NCBI GenBank assembly: GCA_963814125.1
Contig: CAWFBR010000001.1
Coordinates: 218,340-282,339, forward strand
Origin: an uncultured Chloroflexia bacterium
Lineage (GTDB): Bacteria > Chloroflexota > Limnocylindria > Limnocylindrales > CSP1-4
DNA length: 64,000 nt
Direction of reading: 5' to 3'
The notes beneath the pieces are model-generated. The model worked only from the letters and a program-made list of their open reading frames with translations, did no database searches and had not been told where the DNA came from. Numbering within the stretch: position 1 is the first letter of the stretch; each line of letters starts with the position of its first letter. Below are positions 19,405 through 28,506 of this stretch, piece by piece. The translations under genes and the position numbers were made by a program.

Positions 19405-20799
19405 ATGTCCCTTCTGAAGCGAATCGAAAGCGCCCGACCGGGCGTAGCCCCCGGAGCTCCGACCGGGGCCCCCACGGCCCCACCAGGGCCTCCCGGGATG
19501 TCCGGGCAGGGCGGACAGCGGCTGCTCAGCCAGGCTCCCGTTCGAGAGTCGCTCCGCGAGGTCAAGTTCCGCATCCAATCCCGGGTTATCCAGGATCTGG
19601 ACCCGAAGCTCGATCTGGCCAATCAGGTCGAGGTCCGCCGTCAGATCGAGGAGATCTTCGGTCGTGTCATCGATGAGGAGGGCCTGGCTCTCACCCGCGC
19701 CGAGCGGGTCCGCATGCTCGAGCAGATTACCGACGAGATCATCGGCCTGGGCCCGCTCGAGCCGCTCCTGCGCGACGAGAGCGTCACGGAAGTCATGGTC
19801 AATGGGCCGCGCCAGGTGTACATCGAGCGTAGTGGTCGCCTGGAGTTGACCAACGTCGTGTTCCAGAACGACGACCACGTCATGCGCATCATCGATCGGA
19901 TCATTTCCCCGATCGGTCGCCGCATCGACGAGTCGAGCCCGATGGTCGATGCGCGCCTCACCGACGGCTCGCGCGTCAACGCAATCATTCCACCGCTGTC
20001 CCTCATCGGACCGGTCATCACCATTCGTAAGTTCTCTGCCTCGCCGTTCACGGTGGACGACTTGATTAAATTCGGGACCGCCACGCCGGAGATGTTCGAC
20101 TTCCTTCGCGCCTGCGTGGAAGCTCGCCTCAACATCTTCGTTTCTGGAGGCACCGGCTCCGGCAAGACCACGACCCTGAACGTACTCTCCTCGTTCATCC
20201 CGAACGACGAGCGGATCATTACCGTAGAAGACGCGGCGGAACTCCAGCTCCGCCAGGAGCATGTGGTCACGCTCGAGTCGCGCCCATCCAACATCGAGGG
20301 CAAGGGCGCCATCCCGATCCGCGAACTCGTCCGGAACTGCCTGCGAATGCGGCCCGACCGGATCATCGTCGGCGAGTGCCGAGGCGGAGAAGCGCTCGAT
20401 ATGCTCCAGGCCATGAACACCGGCCACGACGGCTCGATGTCCACCGGCCATGCGAACACGCCGCGCGACATGCTCTCCCGACTCGAGACGATGGTCCTCA
20501 TGGCCGGCGTCGATCTGCCTCTACGGGCCATCCGCGAGCAGGTTTCGTCCGCGGTCGACCTCATCGTCCATCAGTCACGCATGAAGGACGGCTCCCGCCG
20601 CATCGAATTCATCACCGAGGTCCAGGGCATGGAAGGTGATGTGGTCGTCATGCAGGACGTCTTCCTGTTCGAACAAACCGGCGTGGTTGACGGCAAGATC
20701 CAGGGCCGGCTCCGAGCCACAGGCATCCGGCCCAAGTTCGTGGAGAAGTTCGAGATCAAGGGCATCCATCTGCCGCGCGGTCTGTTCGGCTTCTCATAG
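19405..20799 (+). CDS. TadA/CpaF secretion ATPase (type II/IV secretion NTPase family)
   Basis: Walker A GGTGSGKTT, and ECRGGEALDMLQAMNTGHDGSMSTGHAN is typical of CpaF. Confidence 0.9.
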   Translation: MSLLKRIESARPGVAPGAPTGAPTAPPGPPGMSGQGGQRLLSQAPVRESLREVKFRIQSRVIQDLDPKLDLANQVEVRRQIEEIFGRVIDEEGLALTRAERVRMLEQITDEIIGLGPLEPLLRDESVTEVMVNGPRQVYIERSGRLELTNVVFQNDDHVMRIIDRIISPIGRRIDESSPMVDARLTDGSRVNAIIPPLSLIGPVITIRKFSASPFTVDDLIKFGTATPEMFDFLRACVEARLNIFVSGGTGSGKTTTLNVLSSFIPNDERIITVEDAAELQLRQEHVVTLESRPSNIEGKGAIPIRELVRNCLRMRPDRIIVGECRGGEALDMLQAMNTGHDGSMSTGHANTPRDMLSRLETMVLMAGVDLPLRAIREQVSSAVDLIVHQSRMKDGSRRIEFITEVQGMEGDVVVMQDVFLFEQTGVVDGKIQGRLRATGIRPKFVEKFEIKGIHLPRGLFGFS

Positions 20800-20819
20800 A
20801 CCGAGGCAGGAGAGACGAA

Positions 20820-21836
20820 ATGGTATCGGTCATTCTCGGGCTGCTGGTGTTCTCAGGCATATTGCTGCTCGTGCTCGGCCTGACGAGCTCGGGCGGGAGC
20901 GCCGGCATCAGCGCTCGTCTTGAGCGCTACGCCGCCGGCAGGAACGAGGTGACGGCATCGGCTGGCACCGCTCAGCAGTCGCCCGGCATTGGCGAGATCC
21001 TCGGTCAGAGCGTGGCCCTGGCCCGCTTGAACCGAGTAGTGGAGCAGCGGGACTTCGGCGCCAGTCTGGCGCGCGATATCGCTCGCGCCGACCTCAAGCT
21101 CAAGCCCGGCGAGTTCATCGCCATATGGGCCACGACGATAGTGACGATCCCGTTCATCTTCTTCACCCTCGGCCTGGTATTGACACCGCTCAAGACACCA
21201 ATCGCCCTCCTGGTCGGGGCCACGGTCGGCTTCTTCCTGCCGCGCATGTGGCTGGGTCGCCGCCGGGCGGGGAGGTTGTCCGCGTTCAACAAGCAACTGC
21301 CCGACACCATCACGCTGCTGGCGAACGCGCTGCGAGCCGGGTCGTCATTCCTCCAGGCCATCGAGATGGTCGTACGGGAAGCACAGCCGCCGATCACCAT
21401 CGAGTTCGGCCGTGTCGTCCGAGAGGTCAACCTCGGCCTCGCCTTCGACGCCGCGTTGGAGAACATGGTCCGGCGGGTTCGGTCGGACGACCTCGAACTG
21501 ATGGCGACGGCGATCACCATTCAGCACCAGGTCGGCGGCAACCTCGCGGAAATCCTGGACTCGATCGCATTCACTATTCGAGAACGCGTCAGGATCAAAG
21601 GCGAGATCCGGACCCTGACCGCCCAACAGCGGCTGTCGGGCTACGTGGTCGCCGGCATGCCGATAGCCCTTGTGGGCATCCTCTTTGTCATCGCCCCAAA
21701 GTTCATGGAGCCGATGTTCGAGAACCCACCAGGCGTCCTGGGGCTGCCGGCCGGCATCATCCTCCTCATGGTTGGCGGCTTCTTCATGTTCATCGGGTTC
21801 ATCCTGATTCGGCGCATCGTCGCCATCGAGGTCTGA
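20820..21836 (+). CDS. TadB pilus assembly membrane protein (T2SS-F family)
   Basis: T2SF-domain pattern (…LPDTITLLANALRAGSSFLQAIEMV…) and three TM segments. Confidence 0.8.
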   Translation: MVSVILGLLVFSGILLLVLGLTSSGGSAGISARLERYAAGRNEVTASAGTAQQSPGIGEILGQSVALARLNRVVEQRDFGASLARDIARADLKLKPGEFIAIWATTIVTIPFIFFTLGLVLTPLKTPIALLVGATVGFFLPRMWLGRRRAGRLSAFNKQLPDTITLLANALRAGSSFLQAIEMVVREAQPPITIEFGRVVREVNLGLAFDAALENMVRRVRSDDLELMATAITIQHQVGGNLAEILDSIAFTIRERVRIKGEIRTLTAQQRLSGYVVAGMPIALVGILFVIAPKFMEPMFENPPGVLGLPAGIILLMVGGFFMFIGFILIRRIVAIEV

Positions 21837-21839
21837 GAG

Positions 21840-22769
21840 ATGCTTCTCTTCATCCTCCCCGCTTTCGTCTTCGCCGGGATCCTGCTCCTCATTCTCGGGC
21901 TGGCCGGCGGCTCACCGGTAGATCCCGTCCAGGCCCGCCTGACTCAACTCGGCTCGGCCCAGGCGAAGAACCTCGAGGAGCTCGAGCTTCAGCAGCCCTT
22001 CACTGAGAGGACATTGCGACCGCTCGTCGCCCGCCTGTCGAGAATGGGCGGACGCCTGGGGAGGGTCTCTTCGACCGAGGTCGCCGAGAGGCGACTCGCC
22101 CTGGCCGGCAATCCGGGCGATCTGAAGCTGGCCGACTGGATGGGCGTGAAGATACTGGTGGCCATCGCCGTCGGCGTGCTGATGTTCCTTCTTCTCGGCG
22201 TGCTGTCGGGCGACGTGGTCGTCGGGCTGCTCCTGGCCGTGCTTGGCCTCGGCATCGGCTATCTGCTGCCGGAATTCTGGCTGGGCGGCAAGATCAAGGC
22301 CCGCCAGAAGGTCATTCTCGTCATGATCCCGGACACGCTCGATCTTCTGACCATCTCGGTGCGCGCGGGACTCGGCTTCGACGCGGCTCTGGCGAAGGTG
22401 GTCGAGAAGCTTCCCGGCCCATTGAGCGACGAGTTCCGCCGGGCCCTCGCCGAGGTTCGCGTCGGCAAGGCGCGGCGGGACGCCCTGCGGGACATGGTCC
22501 CGCGCACAAACGTCGCGCCCCTGTCCAACTTCATCGGCGCGATCGTCCAGGCAGAGCAATTGGGCGTATCGATTTCCAAGGTGTTGCAAATCCAGTCCGA
22601 GCAGCTCCGCATCGAGCGACGGCAGCGCGCGGAGGAGCAGGCGGCCAAGGCGCCGATCAAGATGCTCTTCCCGCTCGTGGGCTGCATCTTCCCGTCCCTC
22701 TTCATCGTCATTCTGGGGCCGGCGATCATCTCCATCATGAAGACCTTCAGCTCGAACGCCATTCCGTGA
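21840..22769 (+). CDS. TadC pilus assembly membrane protein (T2SS-F family)
   Basis: Paralogous T2SF pattern (…IPDTLDLLTISVRAGLGFDAALAKV…). Confidence 0.8.
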   Translation: MLLFILPAFVFAGILLLILGLAGGSPVDPVQARLTQLGSAQAKNLEELELQQPFTERTLRPLVARLSRMGGRLGRVSSTEVAERRLALAGNPGDLKLADWMGVKILVAIAVGVLMFLLLGVLSGDVVVGLLLAVLGLGIGYLLPEFWLGGKIKARQKVILVMIPDTLDLLTISVRAGLGFDAALAKVVEKLPGPLSDEFRRALAEVRVGKARRDALRDMVPRTNVAPLSNFIGAIVQAEQLGVSISKVLQIQSEQLRIERRQRAEEQAAKAPIKMLFPLVGCIFPSLFIVILGPAIISIMKTFSSNAIP

Positions 22770-23152
22770 GTCGGCGGCGGCAGGTCGCTCGCAACGTCAG
22801 CCGCGGAACCCAACTCGCCGAGCGGCTCGAAGTCGGCTCATCGTTCTGGGCCAAGTTCATGGGTCTCATGGGTCGGGCGGCCTTGCCGGACGGCGACGGA
22901 CTCTGGCTTCCCGGCGAGAACGGCATCCACATGCTGTTCATGAGGTTTCCTATAGATGTCGTGTTCGTGGCACCGCCCTCGAGCGGCAGAGACGGCTCCC
23001 GGCGAGTGCTATCAGTGCGCCGGGCGGTGCGGCCGTGGCGGGGCGTGGTGTGGCGGGTGAGCGGAGCCAAGGGTGTTCTGGAGCTGCCGGCCGGTACGAT
23101 CGACGAATCCGGAACGGCGGTGGGCGACGACATCTACATCGGCTTTCCGTGA
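22766..23152 (+). CDS. DUF192 (COG1430) domain protein
   Basis: …WAKFMGLMGR…GLWLPGENGIHMLFMRFPIDVVFV… matches the DUF192 core. Its start overlaps the tadC stop. Confidence 0.5.
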   Translation: MSRRRQVARNVSRGTQLAERLEVGSSFWAKFMGLMGRAALPDGDGLWLPGENGIHMLFMRFPIDVVFVAPPSSGRDGSRRVLSVRRAVRPWRGVVWRVSGAKGVLELPAGTIDESGTAVGDDIYIGFP

Positions 23153-23325
23153 GCACGGCGCATTGCCGTCGGGAACCGTGAACCGGCTGAGGAGGCCTCT
23201 CGGCGCGGCCCGACTCCTGCGGATCGCCGAGCCGCCTGGGAGCCCTGTCGCTTCTGCGTTCGACGGAGCGAGTTGGGTGAGCCCCGGATGCGCCGCGGAT
23301 AAGGGGGCGCGTCTATCTTCGCCGC

Positions 23326-24009
23326 ATGGTTTCGCGTGCTCCCCACTCGATCGCGGCGTCGCTTCTCGATCTGGCCCTGCCGGCCGCCTGTCCGGGGTGC
23401 GGGGCGGAGGGCACGGCTCTTTGCCGCAACTGCCGGCGCGCCTTCGAGGGACGCCTGCGAACCCCGGCCGGGATCCCGATCGGCCTGCCTGCGGCAGTAC
23501 CGCTGCCGCTCGTCCAGCTGGAGTGGTGCGCGCCATTCTCAGGGGTAGTGAGGGCGGCTTTGCACCACCTCAAGTACGAGGGAGAGAGGCGTATAGCCGG
23601 ACCGCTCGGCTCGGCGATGGCGGCTCGATGGCGCGAGGTCGGCGCGGGCGGGGAGTTGCTGGTTCCGGTCCCGGTCCATGCGCAGAGAGCGCGTCAGCGT
23701 GGCTACGACCAGGCGGTCCTGCTCACTACCGGAGTCTCCCTGGAGCTGGACTTGCCGTGGCGAGCGCCGCTGGAGAGGCTCCGACGCACCTCGCCGCAGT
23801 TCGAACTGGGCCGGCGGGCGCGCAGTATAAACGTGGCCGGCGCTTTCGGGCTCCGAAACACGAGGGAAGCGGCCGCCGTCCGGGGAAGGTGGATCATCCT
23901 GGTGGACGACGTCGTTACGACCGGATCGACTCTCGTGGCATGCGCCGAGGCGCTCTACGAAGCCGGAGCGAGCGCGGTCGCAGGTTTGACGGTGGCGCGA
24001 GAGCGCTGA
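23326..24009 (+). CDS. ComF-family protein (ComFC/phosphoribosyltransferase-like)
   Basis: N-terminal zinc ribbon CPGCG…CRNC and C-terminal PRTase motif ILVDDVVTTGSTL. Confidence 0.7.
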   Translation: MVSRAPHSIAASLLDLALPAACPGCGAEGTALCRNCRRAFEGRLRTPAGIPIGLPAAVPLPLVQLEWCAPFSGVVRAALHHLKYEGERRIAGPLGSAMAARWREVGAGGELLVPVPVHAQRARQRGYDQAVLLTTGVSLELDLPWRAPLERLRRTSPQFELGRRARSINVAGAFGLRNTREAAAVRGRWIILVDDVVTTGSTLVACAEALYEAGASAVAGLTVARER

Positions 24010-24145
24010 ATTGGACATGGCCGGGTTCCGTTCAAGGGCCCGGCCTCTGTACCGGCCGCGTGGCGGCGGCTCATCAGAAGACGTCCATGCTCCGGAGGGC
24101 CTCGAGCCGCCCGGACACGGGCGACGTGCGTTGCGGAGGTCAGCC

Positions 24146-24745
24146 GTGAGGACGATCGTCAAGGGCAAGAACATAGACGTCTCGGACTCGGTGCGACAGT
24201 ACGCGGAGCGCAAGATGCGCAGGCTCGAACGGCTGCTCGACGACAGCACCGACGCGGTCGTGGAACTCTCGAACGAGCAGCATCGCAGCGCCGCGGACTC
24301 GCAGATCGCCGAGGTAACGATGGTCGTCGACGGTCAGATGCTCCGAAGCCACGCAGCCGGGCCGACGTACCAGGCCAGCCTCGACACCGTCATCGACCGG
24401 ATCGAACGCCAGGCGGTCGATGCCCGCGAGAAGCCGCGAGGAAAGGCCCGGCCCGAACAGGCCAGGGCGCGCCGAGCGGCCGGCGAGGAACCGGAAAGCG
24501 TCGCCGAGCCGGAGCAGCCCAAGTACCGGATCGTCAAGACCAAGCGCTTCGCCATTCAGCCCATGTTCGAAGAAGACGCGCTCGAGCAGATGGAGGAACT
24601 AGGCCACTACTTCTTCATCTTCGTAAACGCTGAGACCGAGAGACTGTGCGTCCTCTACAAGCGACACGCCGGCGACTACGGGTTGATAGAGCCGGTTATC
24701 GGAGGCGAGTACACCCCGGGACGCAACGTCCACAGGGTTGGCTGA
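24146..24745 (+). CDS. hpf: Ribosome hibernation promoting factor (long HPF/RaiA)
   Basis: VRTIVKGKNIDVSDSVRQYAERKMRRLERLL…, and the C-terminal dimerisation domain (…KRFAIQPMFEEDALEQMEELGHYFFIFVN…). GTG start with an upstream GGAGG. Confidence 0.8.
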   Translation: MRTIVKGKNIDVSDSVRQYAERKMRRLERLLDDSTDAVVELSNEQHRSAADSQIAEVTMVVDGQMLRSHAAGPTYQASLDTVIDRIERQAVDAREKPRGKARPEQARARRAAGEEPESVAEPEQPKYRIVKTKRFAIQPMFEEDALEQMEELGHYFFIFVNAETERLCVLYKRHAGDYGLIEPVIGGEYTPGRNVHRVG

Positions 24746-24815
24746 AGGCAAGAGCGGGGACAACTTGACGCCCGCACCTCCGGCGATCGGGGCCGATCGG
24801 CTTGCAGGCGAACCC

Positions 24816-25853
24816 GTGAGGCGCGTCGAACGCGTCGAATTACCGGGCGGGAGGCGCGCCGGCGTCCATCTGCCGATGGCGACGGGCCTCGTCCGAGTGG
24901 CCGAGCGAGCGTCCGAGATAGGCGCATCGGCACTGCAGATCTTCAGTGACAACCCCACCGCGTGGCGACGACGCGCGGAGACCCCGCCCGAAGCCGCCGA
25001 GTTCCGGCAGCGACTCATGGAGCTGGACATCCGGCCCGTCGCGATACATGCCGCCTACCTGGTCAATCTCGCGGGGCCGGACGACGAGCTGTTCGGACGA
25101 TCCATCGAGATGATCAGGCACGAGCTGGAGCACGCGCCGGAGTTCGGCGCCCAATTCGTCAACGTGCATGTCGGCTCGCATCGTGGCTCCGGCCTGGAAA
25201 CCGGAATCGGCCGCCTGGTCGACGGCCTGGAACGTGCCCTGGACCAACGAACTTCGAGCCCCGACGCACCCATCCTGGTGCTTGAGAACTCGTCCGGCGG
25301 CGGCTTCACGATAGGCTCCACGATCGAAGAGCTGGCGATGGCGCTGGACTCGGCGGCGGCCCGCGGGCTGGACGGCCATCTGGCCATCTGCCTTGACGTG
25401 GCCCACCTGTGGGGCGCCGGCTACGACGTGTCTCTTCCGGAAGAGATCGACCGCCTCCTCGAGCAGACCGACCGGATTATCGGCCTGGAGCGACTGGTTA
25501 TGGTCCACCTGAACGACTCGCGCTCCGACCTCGGATCGCGCCGGGACCACCACGCCCATCTCGGCGAGGGCCAGATCGGCCGGCTCGGGTTGGCCCACTT
25601 TCTGTGCCACCCGGCGCTGAGCCACGTCGCGTTCTATCTTGAAACGCCCGAGATGGAGAACGGCTACGACGCGGTCAACGTGGCCAGGCTGGCGGACCTG
25701 GCGGCGAACAGGCCGCTCACTCCCGGTCCGGCTGGTCAGTTTCAGGAGTTCGAACACGCGGTCGCGGCGCCACCTGAACCGGGGCCCGACTCCGAGACGG
25801 AACGATCGGCCTCGAAAGATCTGGGAGGGGGTCGAACGTCGCCAACGGGCTGA
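24816..25853 (+). CDS. nfo: Endonuclease IV (AP endonuclease family 2)
   Basis: AGVHLPMATGL…ASALQIF…NP..W parallels the Nfo N-terminus (IGAHVSAAGGL…). Metal-binding His/Asp/Glu pattern is present. The start is approximate (GTG). Confidence 0.65.
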   Translation: MRRVERVELPGGRRAGVHLPMATGLVRVAERASEIGASALQIFSDNPTAWRRRAETPPEAAEFRQRLMELDIRPVAIHAAYLVNLAGPDDELFGRSIEMIRHELEHAPEFGAQFVNVHVGSHRGSGLETGIGRLVDGLERALDQRTSSPDAPILVLENSSGGGFTIGSTIEELAMALDSAAARGLDGHLAICLDVAHLWGAGYDVSLPEEIDRLLEQTDRIIGLERLVMVHLNDSRSDLGSRRDHHAHLGEGQIGRLGLAHFLCHPALSHVAFYLETPEMENGYDAVNVARLADLAANRPLTPGPAGQFQEFEHAVAAPPEPGPDSETERSASKDLGGGRTSPTG

Positions 25854-25925
25854 CGCTGGGCGAAGCCGGCGGAGGGGCGAGACAGCAAGCCGACGGCGAC
25901 CAGGCGCCGCATGCGCTACGAGCGG

Positions 25926-26447
25926 TCAGCTTGCGTCGCGGCCTGTGCGGGCGCGAGGCGGCAGGGGACGGAGCAGAGGTCGCACGGCGTGGCCGACCGC
26001 GGCTGCCGAGAGCATCGGCTGGTTGCGGCGCTCGTCCAGGAGGCGGCGCGGTTCCATCGGCCGGTCGCTTGGCCGGATGCTCGCGTAACCGCGAGCGAAA
26101 CGGCGCATCCGAACGGCGAGGTAGTACTCCATGACCTGGCGGACTTGAGGTTCCGAAAGGACCTCGTCCGCTCGGAGTGCGTACTCGATGCGAGCCGTTG
26201 GGTTGGCCGTGCCGGAAGCGACGGCGCTCAGGTACTGCGGCGCCTCGGCGTCGTCGCGGATCTCGCGAAGGCCGCGAGCCAGCTTCGTGGCGGTTCCCAA
26301 AGACGGCATACGGTCGCCGTGGATCAATCGCGAGATGGTGGAGTGGTCTACGCCAGATTGCTGCGCCAGCTGACGCTGCGACATCTTCTTCGCTTTGAGC
26401 TGGGCCTTCAGCCACTCGTTGAAGGCTCGTCCAGTCTGTCCGGCCAT
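25926..26447 (-). CDS. XRE-family helix-turn-helix transcriptional regulator
   Basis: LKAKKMSQRQLAQQSGVDHSTISRLIHGDRMPSLGTATKLARGL is an HTH_XRE motif. Confidence 0.65.
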   Translation of the reverse strand: MAGQTGRAFNEWLKAQLKAKKMSQRQLAQQSGVDHSTISRLIHGDRMPSLGTATKLARGLREIRDDAEAPQYLSAVASGTANPTARIEYALRADEVLSEPQVRQVMEYYLAVRMRRFARGYASIRPSDRPMEPRRLLDERRNQPMLSAAAVGHAVRPLLRPLPPRARTGRDAS

Positions 26448-26635
26448 GCGCGACGTAGGCTCCCAGGGTCGACGCGTTCTGCGCCAATACTGGAACTATC
26501 GGATGAGACGGCCAAAGGTTTAATGGCCTTTTGGTACTTCACGGGTGACGACTCTCGGGCGGGCGGACGTTCGGCGCAACGTGTTGCCTGACGGTAGTAC
26601 GTGGTCGCCGGGGAGTTGGCGCCGCCCGCGCGGCC

Positions 26636-27769
26636 TCAGCCGGCCGAAACCGGCGACGTCGCGACCTCCTCGATCTTCATCCCGCCACCGCGCGGCTTGG
26701 AGGAGACCACGTAGGCGATCGAACCCAGCAGGACGATGGAGAAGACGCTGATGGCCCGGTCGACCAGGATGATTGCCGACGCCTGTGGGAGCGGCACGCC
26801 GAAGACCGTGGTCAGCAGTCCAACTCCGCCGGCTTCGACGAAACCCAGGCCACCCGGGGTCAGCGGGACAGCCGTCAGTAGCGAGCCAACCAGGGCCACG
26901 AACATGGTGCCGCTGAGGCCCAGGTTGAGGTTCTGGAAACCGAAGGCCTGGATTACGAAATAGAGTCGGAGGCCCTCGGTCATCCAGATGAGGACGGTCA
27001 GGACTCCCAGCCACGGGAGGCCGCGCAGCCCGACGGACTGGAAGACCCCTTCCTCGAATCGATAGTAGAGCTCCTCGGCCCGGTGGGGCAATGGGAGTGC
27101 CTCGACGACACGGCGGCCGAAGTTGCGCATGCCAATCAGGGCCAGAGCCAGCAGGACGAGGAATGCCACACCAAACGCGAAGATGATCTGGACCTCGCGC
27201 GGCAGTCCGTCTCGGAAATGGAAGTAGCCGGCGGCGAGGCCGAGACTTGCGATCGCGAACAGGTCCAGGATCCGCTCGATGAAGACCGTTCCCAGGGTCT
27301 TGGTGAGCGAAACGGGGGTGTTGAGCTTGAGCAGATAGGCTCGGTATACGTCGCCCAGCTTGGCGGGAACGACGCAGTTCACGAGCCAGGAGAGAAACAG
27401 GATCTCCGTCCCGTCCTTCGTGGAGATCCGGTACCCGGCCCCCCTCAGCAGCACCGTCCATCGATGGCCGCGCAGCGGGAAGCCAAGGTAGTAGATGACG
27501 AGTCCGAGCAGGATGAGCCAGAGGTTTGCCTGGCTGACATCCCTGGGCACTTCAGCGAGCTTGTCGCGGTTCGCGACAACCGCGACTACGATCACTGCCA
27601 GAGGCACCGCGATCGAGAGCATCGCCCGAGGCTGACGCAGCCGCCGCACCAGGGACATCTGCTCGGCCGGCGGGACCTCGATGGTCGCCTCCGGATTGAT
27701 GAGCGCGTCGGCCTCCTGGCCGAGCGGATCGCCGATCGGGTGGAGGTGATGCTCTGGTCGGTCGGTCAC
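26636..27769 (-). CDS. Flippase-like membrane protein (lysylphosphatidylglycerol-synthase TM-region family, UPF0104)
   Basis: About 8 TM helices. The motif …WLVNCVVPAKLGDVYRAYLL… matches the LPG_synthase_TM family. The GTG start overlaps the PHP gene stop (GTGA). Confidence 0.6.
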   Translation of the reverse strand: MTDRPEHHLHPIGDPLGQEADALINPEATIEVPPAEQMSLVRRLRQPRAMLSIAVPLAVIVVAVVANRDKLAEVPRDVSQANLWLILLGLVIYYLGFPLRGHRWTVLLRGAGYRISTKDGTEILFLSWLVNCVVPAKLGDVYRAYLLKLNTPVSLTKTLGTVFIERILDLFAIASLGLAAGYFHFRDGLPREVQIIFAFGVAFLVLLALALIGMRNFGRRVVEALPLPHRAEELYYRFEEGVFQSVGLRGLPWLGVLTVLIWMTEGLRLYFVIQAFGFQNLNLGLSGTMFVALVGSLLTAVPLTPGGLGFVEAGGVGLLTTVFGVPLPQASAIILVDRAISVFSIVLLGSIAYVVSSKPRGGGMKIEEVATSPVSAG

Positions 27770-28506
27770 CGGGAGTCCCTCTCGGTCTCGCGGGCCCGGC
27801 GGCGGCCGTTCCCCCGTATGGACTGGATCATCTTGGCCAGCGGCGTCCAAGCTCTGACGTAGAAGGTGGCCCGGCCGGGGTGCATGTCGACAACGCCGAT
27901 CGCGGCGAGCAGCCCCTCGGGCGTGCTCGGATCTCCAAGGACCGTATTGTAGGAGACCCCGACCTCGACCACCGTGTGCGAATCAGAGGCGGCCAGGCCC
28001 GGCAGGCGGTGCTCCTGAGCGAAGCGCGCGGCCCGCTCGTTGGCCGACACGCCGATCACGCGGGCGTTGTACGCCTCGATCCAATCCACCAGGCCGGCGA
28101 TGGACTCGAGCTGGACGCCGCTTTTGCGACCGAAGCCCCGGCGCCGGTCGAAAGGATGCGGAACCCCGACGAGGCCGCCCTGCTCACGAACCGCGGCTAT
28201 CGTTTCGACGGCCGAAAGCCCGGGCGGTACCAGCTCTTTGAGGAAGATGGCGATGAGATCGCCGTCGGCGGTATTGACCTCCTCGCCCACGATGACCGTC
28301 AGCTCAGGGGGCGCCACGTCTTGAGCCCGCAGCGCGGCATCGATTCGGTCGTGGTCGGTCACGGCCAGGTGGGTCAGGCCCCGGGATGCCGCCGCGCGCA
28401 GGACCGCGTCCAGAGTCGCAAGCGAATCGAAGCTGGCGCTGGTGTGGCAGTGCAGGTCGATGAAGGAGCGGACGCCTTCGGTCGGGTCAGGAGCTGGGGC
28501 AGACAT
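27766..28506 (-). CDS. PHP-domain (polymerase/histidinol-phosphatase-like) metal-dependent phosphoesterase
   Basis: IDLHCHTSASFDS…HLAVTDHD… PHP motifs. The ATG overlaps the mreB stop (TGATG). Confidence 0.75.
   Translation of the reverse strand: MSAPAPDPTEGVRSFIDLHCHTSASFDSLATLDAVLRAAASRGLTHLAVTDHDRIDAALRAQDVAPPELTVIVGEEVNTADGDLIAIFLKELVPPGLSAVETIAAVREQGGLVGVPHPFDRRRGFGRKSGVQLESIAGLVDWIEAYNARVIGVSANERAARFAQEHRLPGLAASDSHTVVEVGVSYNTVLGDPSTPEGLLAAIGVVDMHPGRATFYVRAWTPLAKMIQSIRGNGRRRARETERDSR

Noticed and set aside
26520-27461. 313-aa minus-strand ORF overlapping the flippase-like gene in another frame
   Set aside because: R/P/G-rich, no domains. The flippase frame has clear TM-helix periodicity and a family motif.
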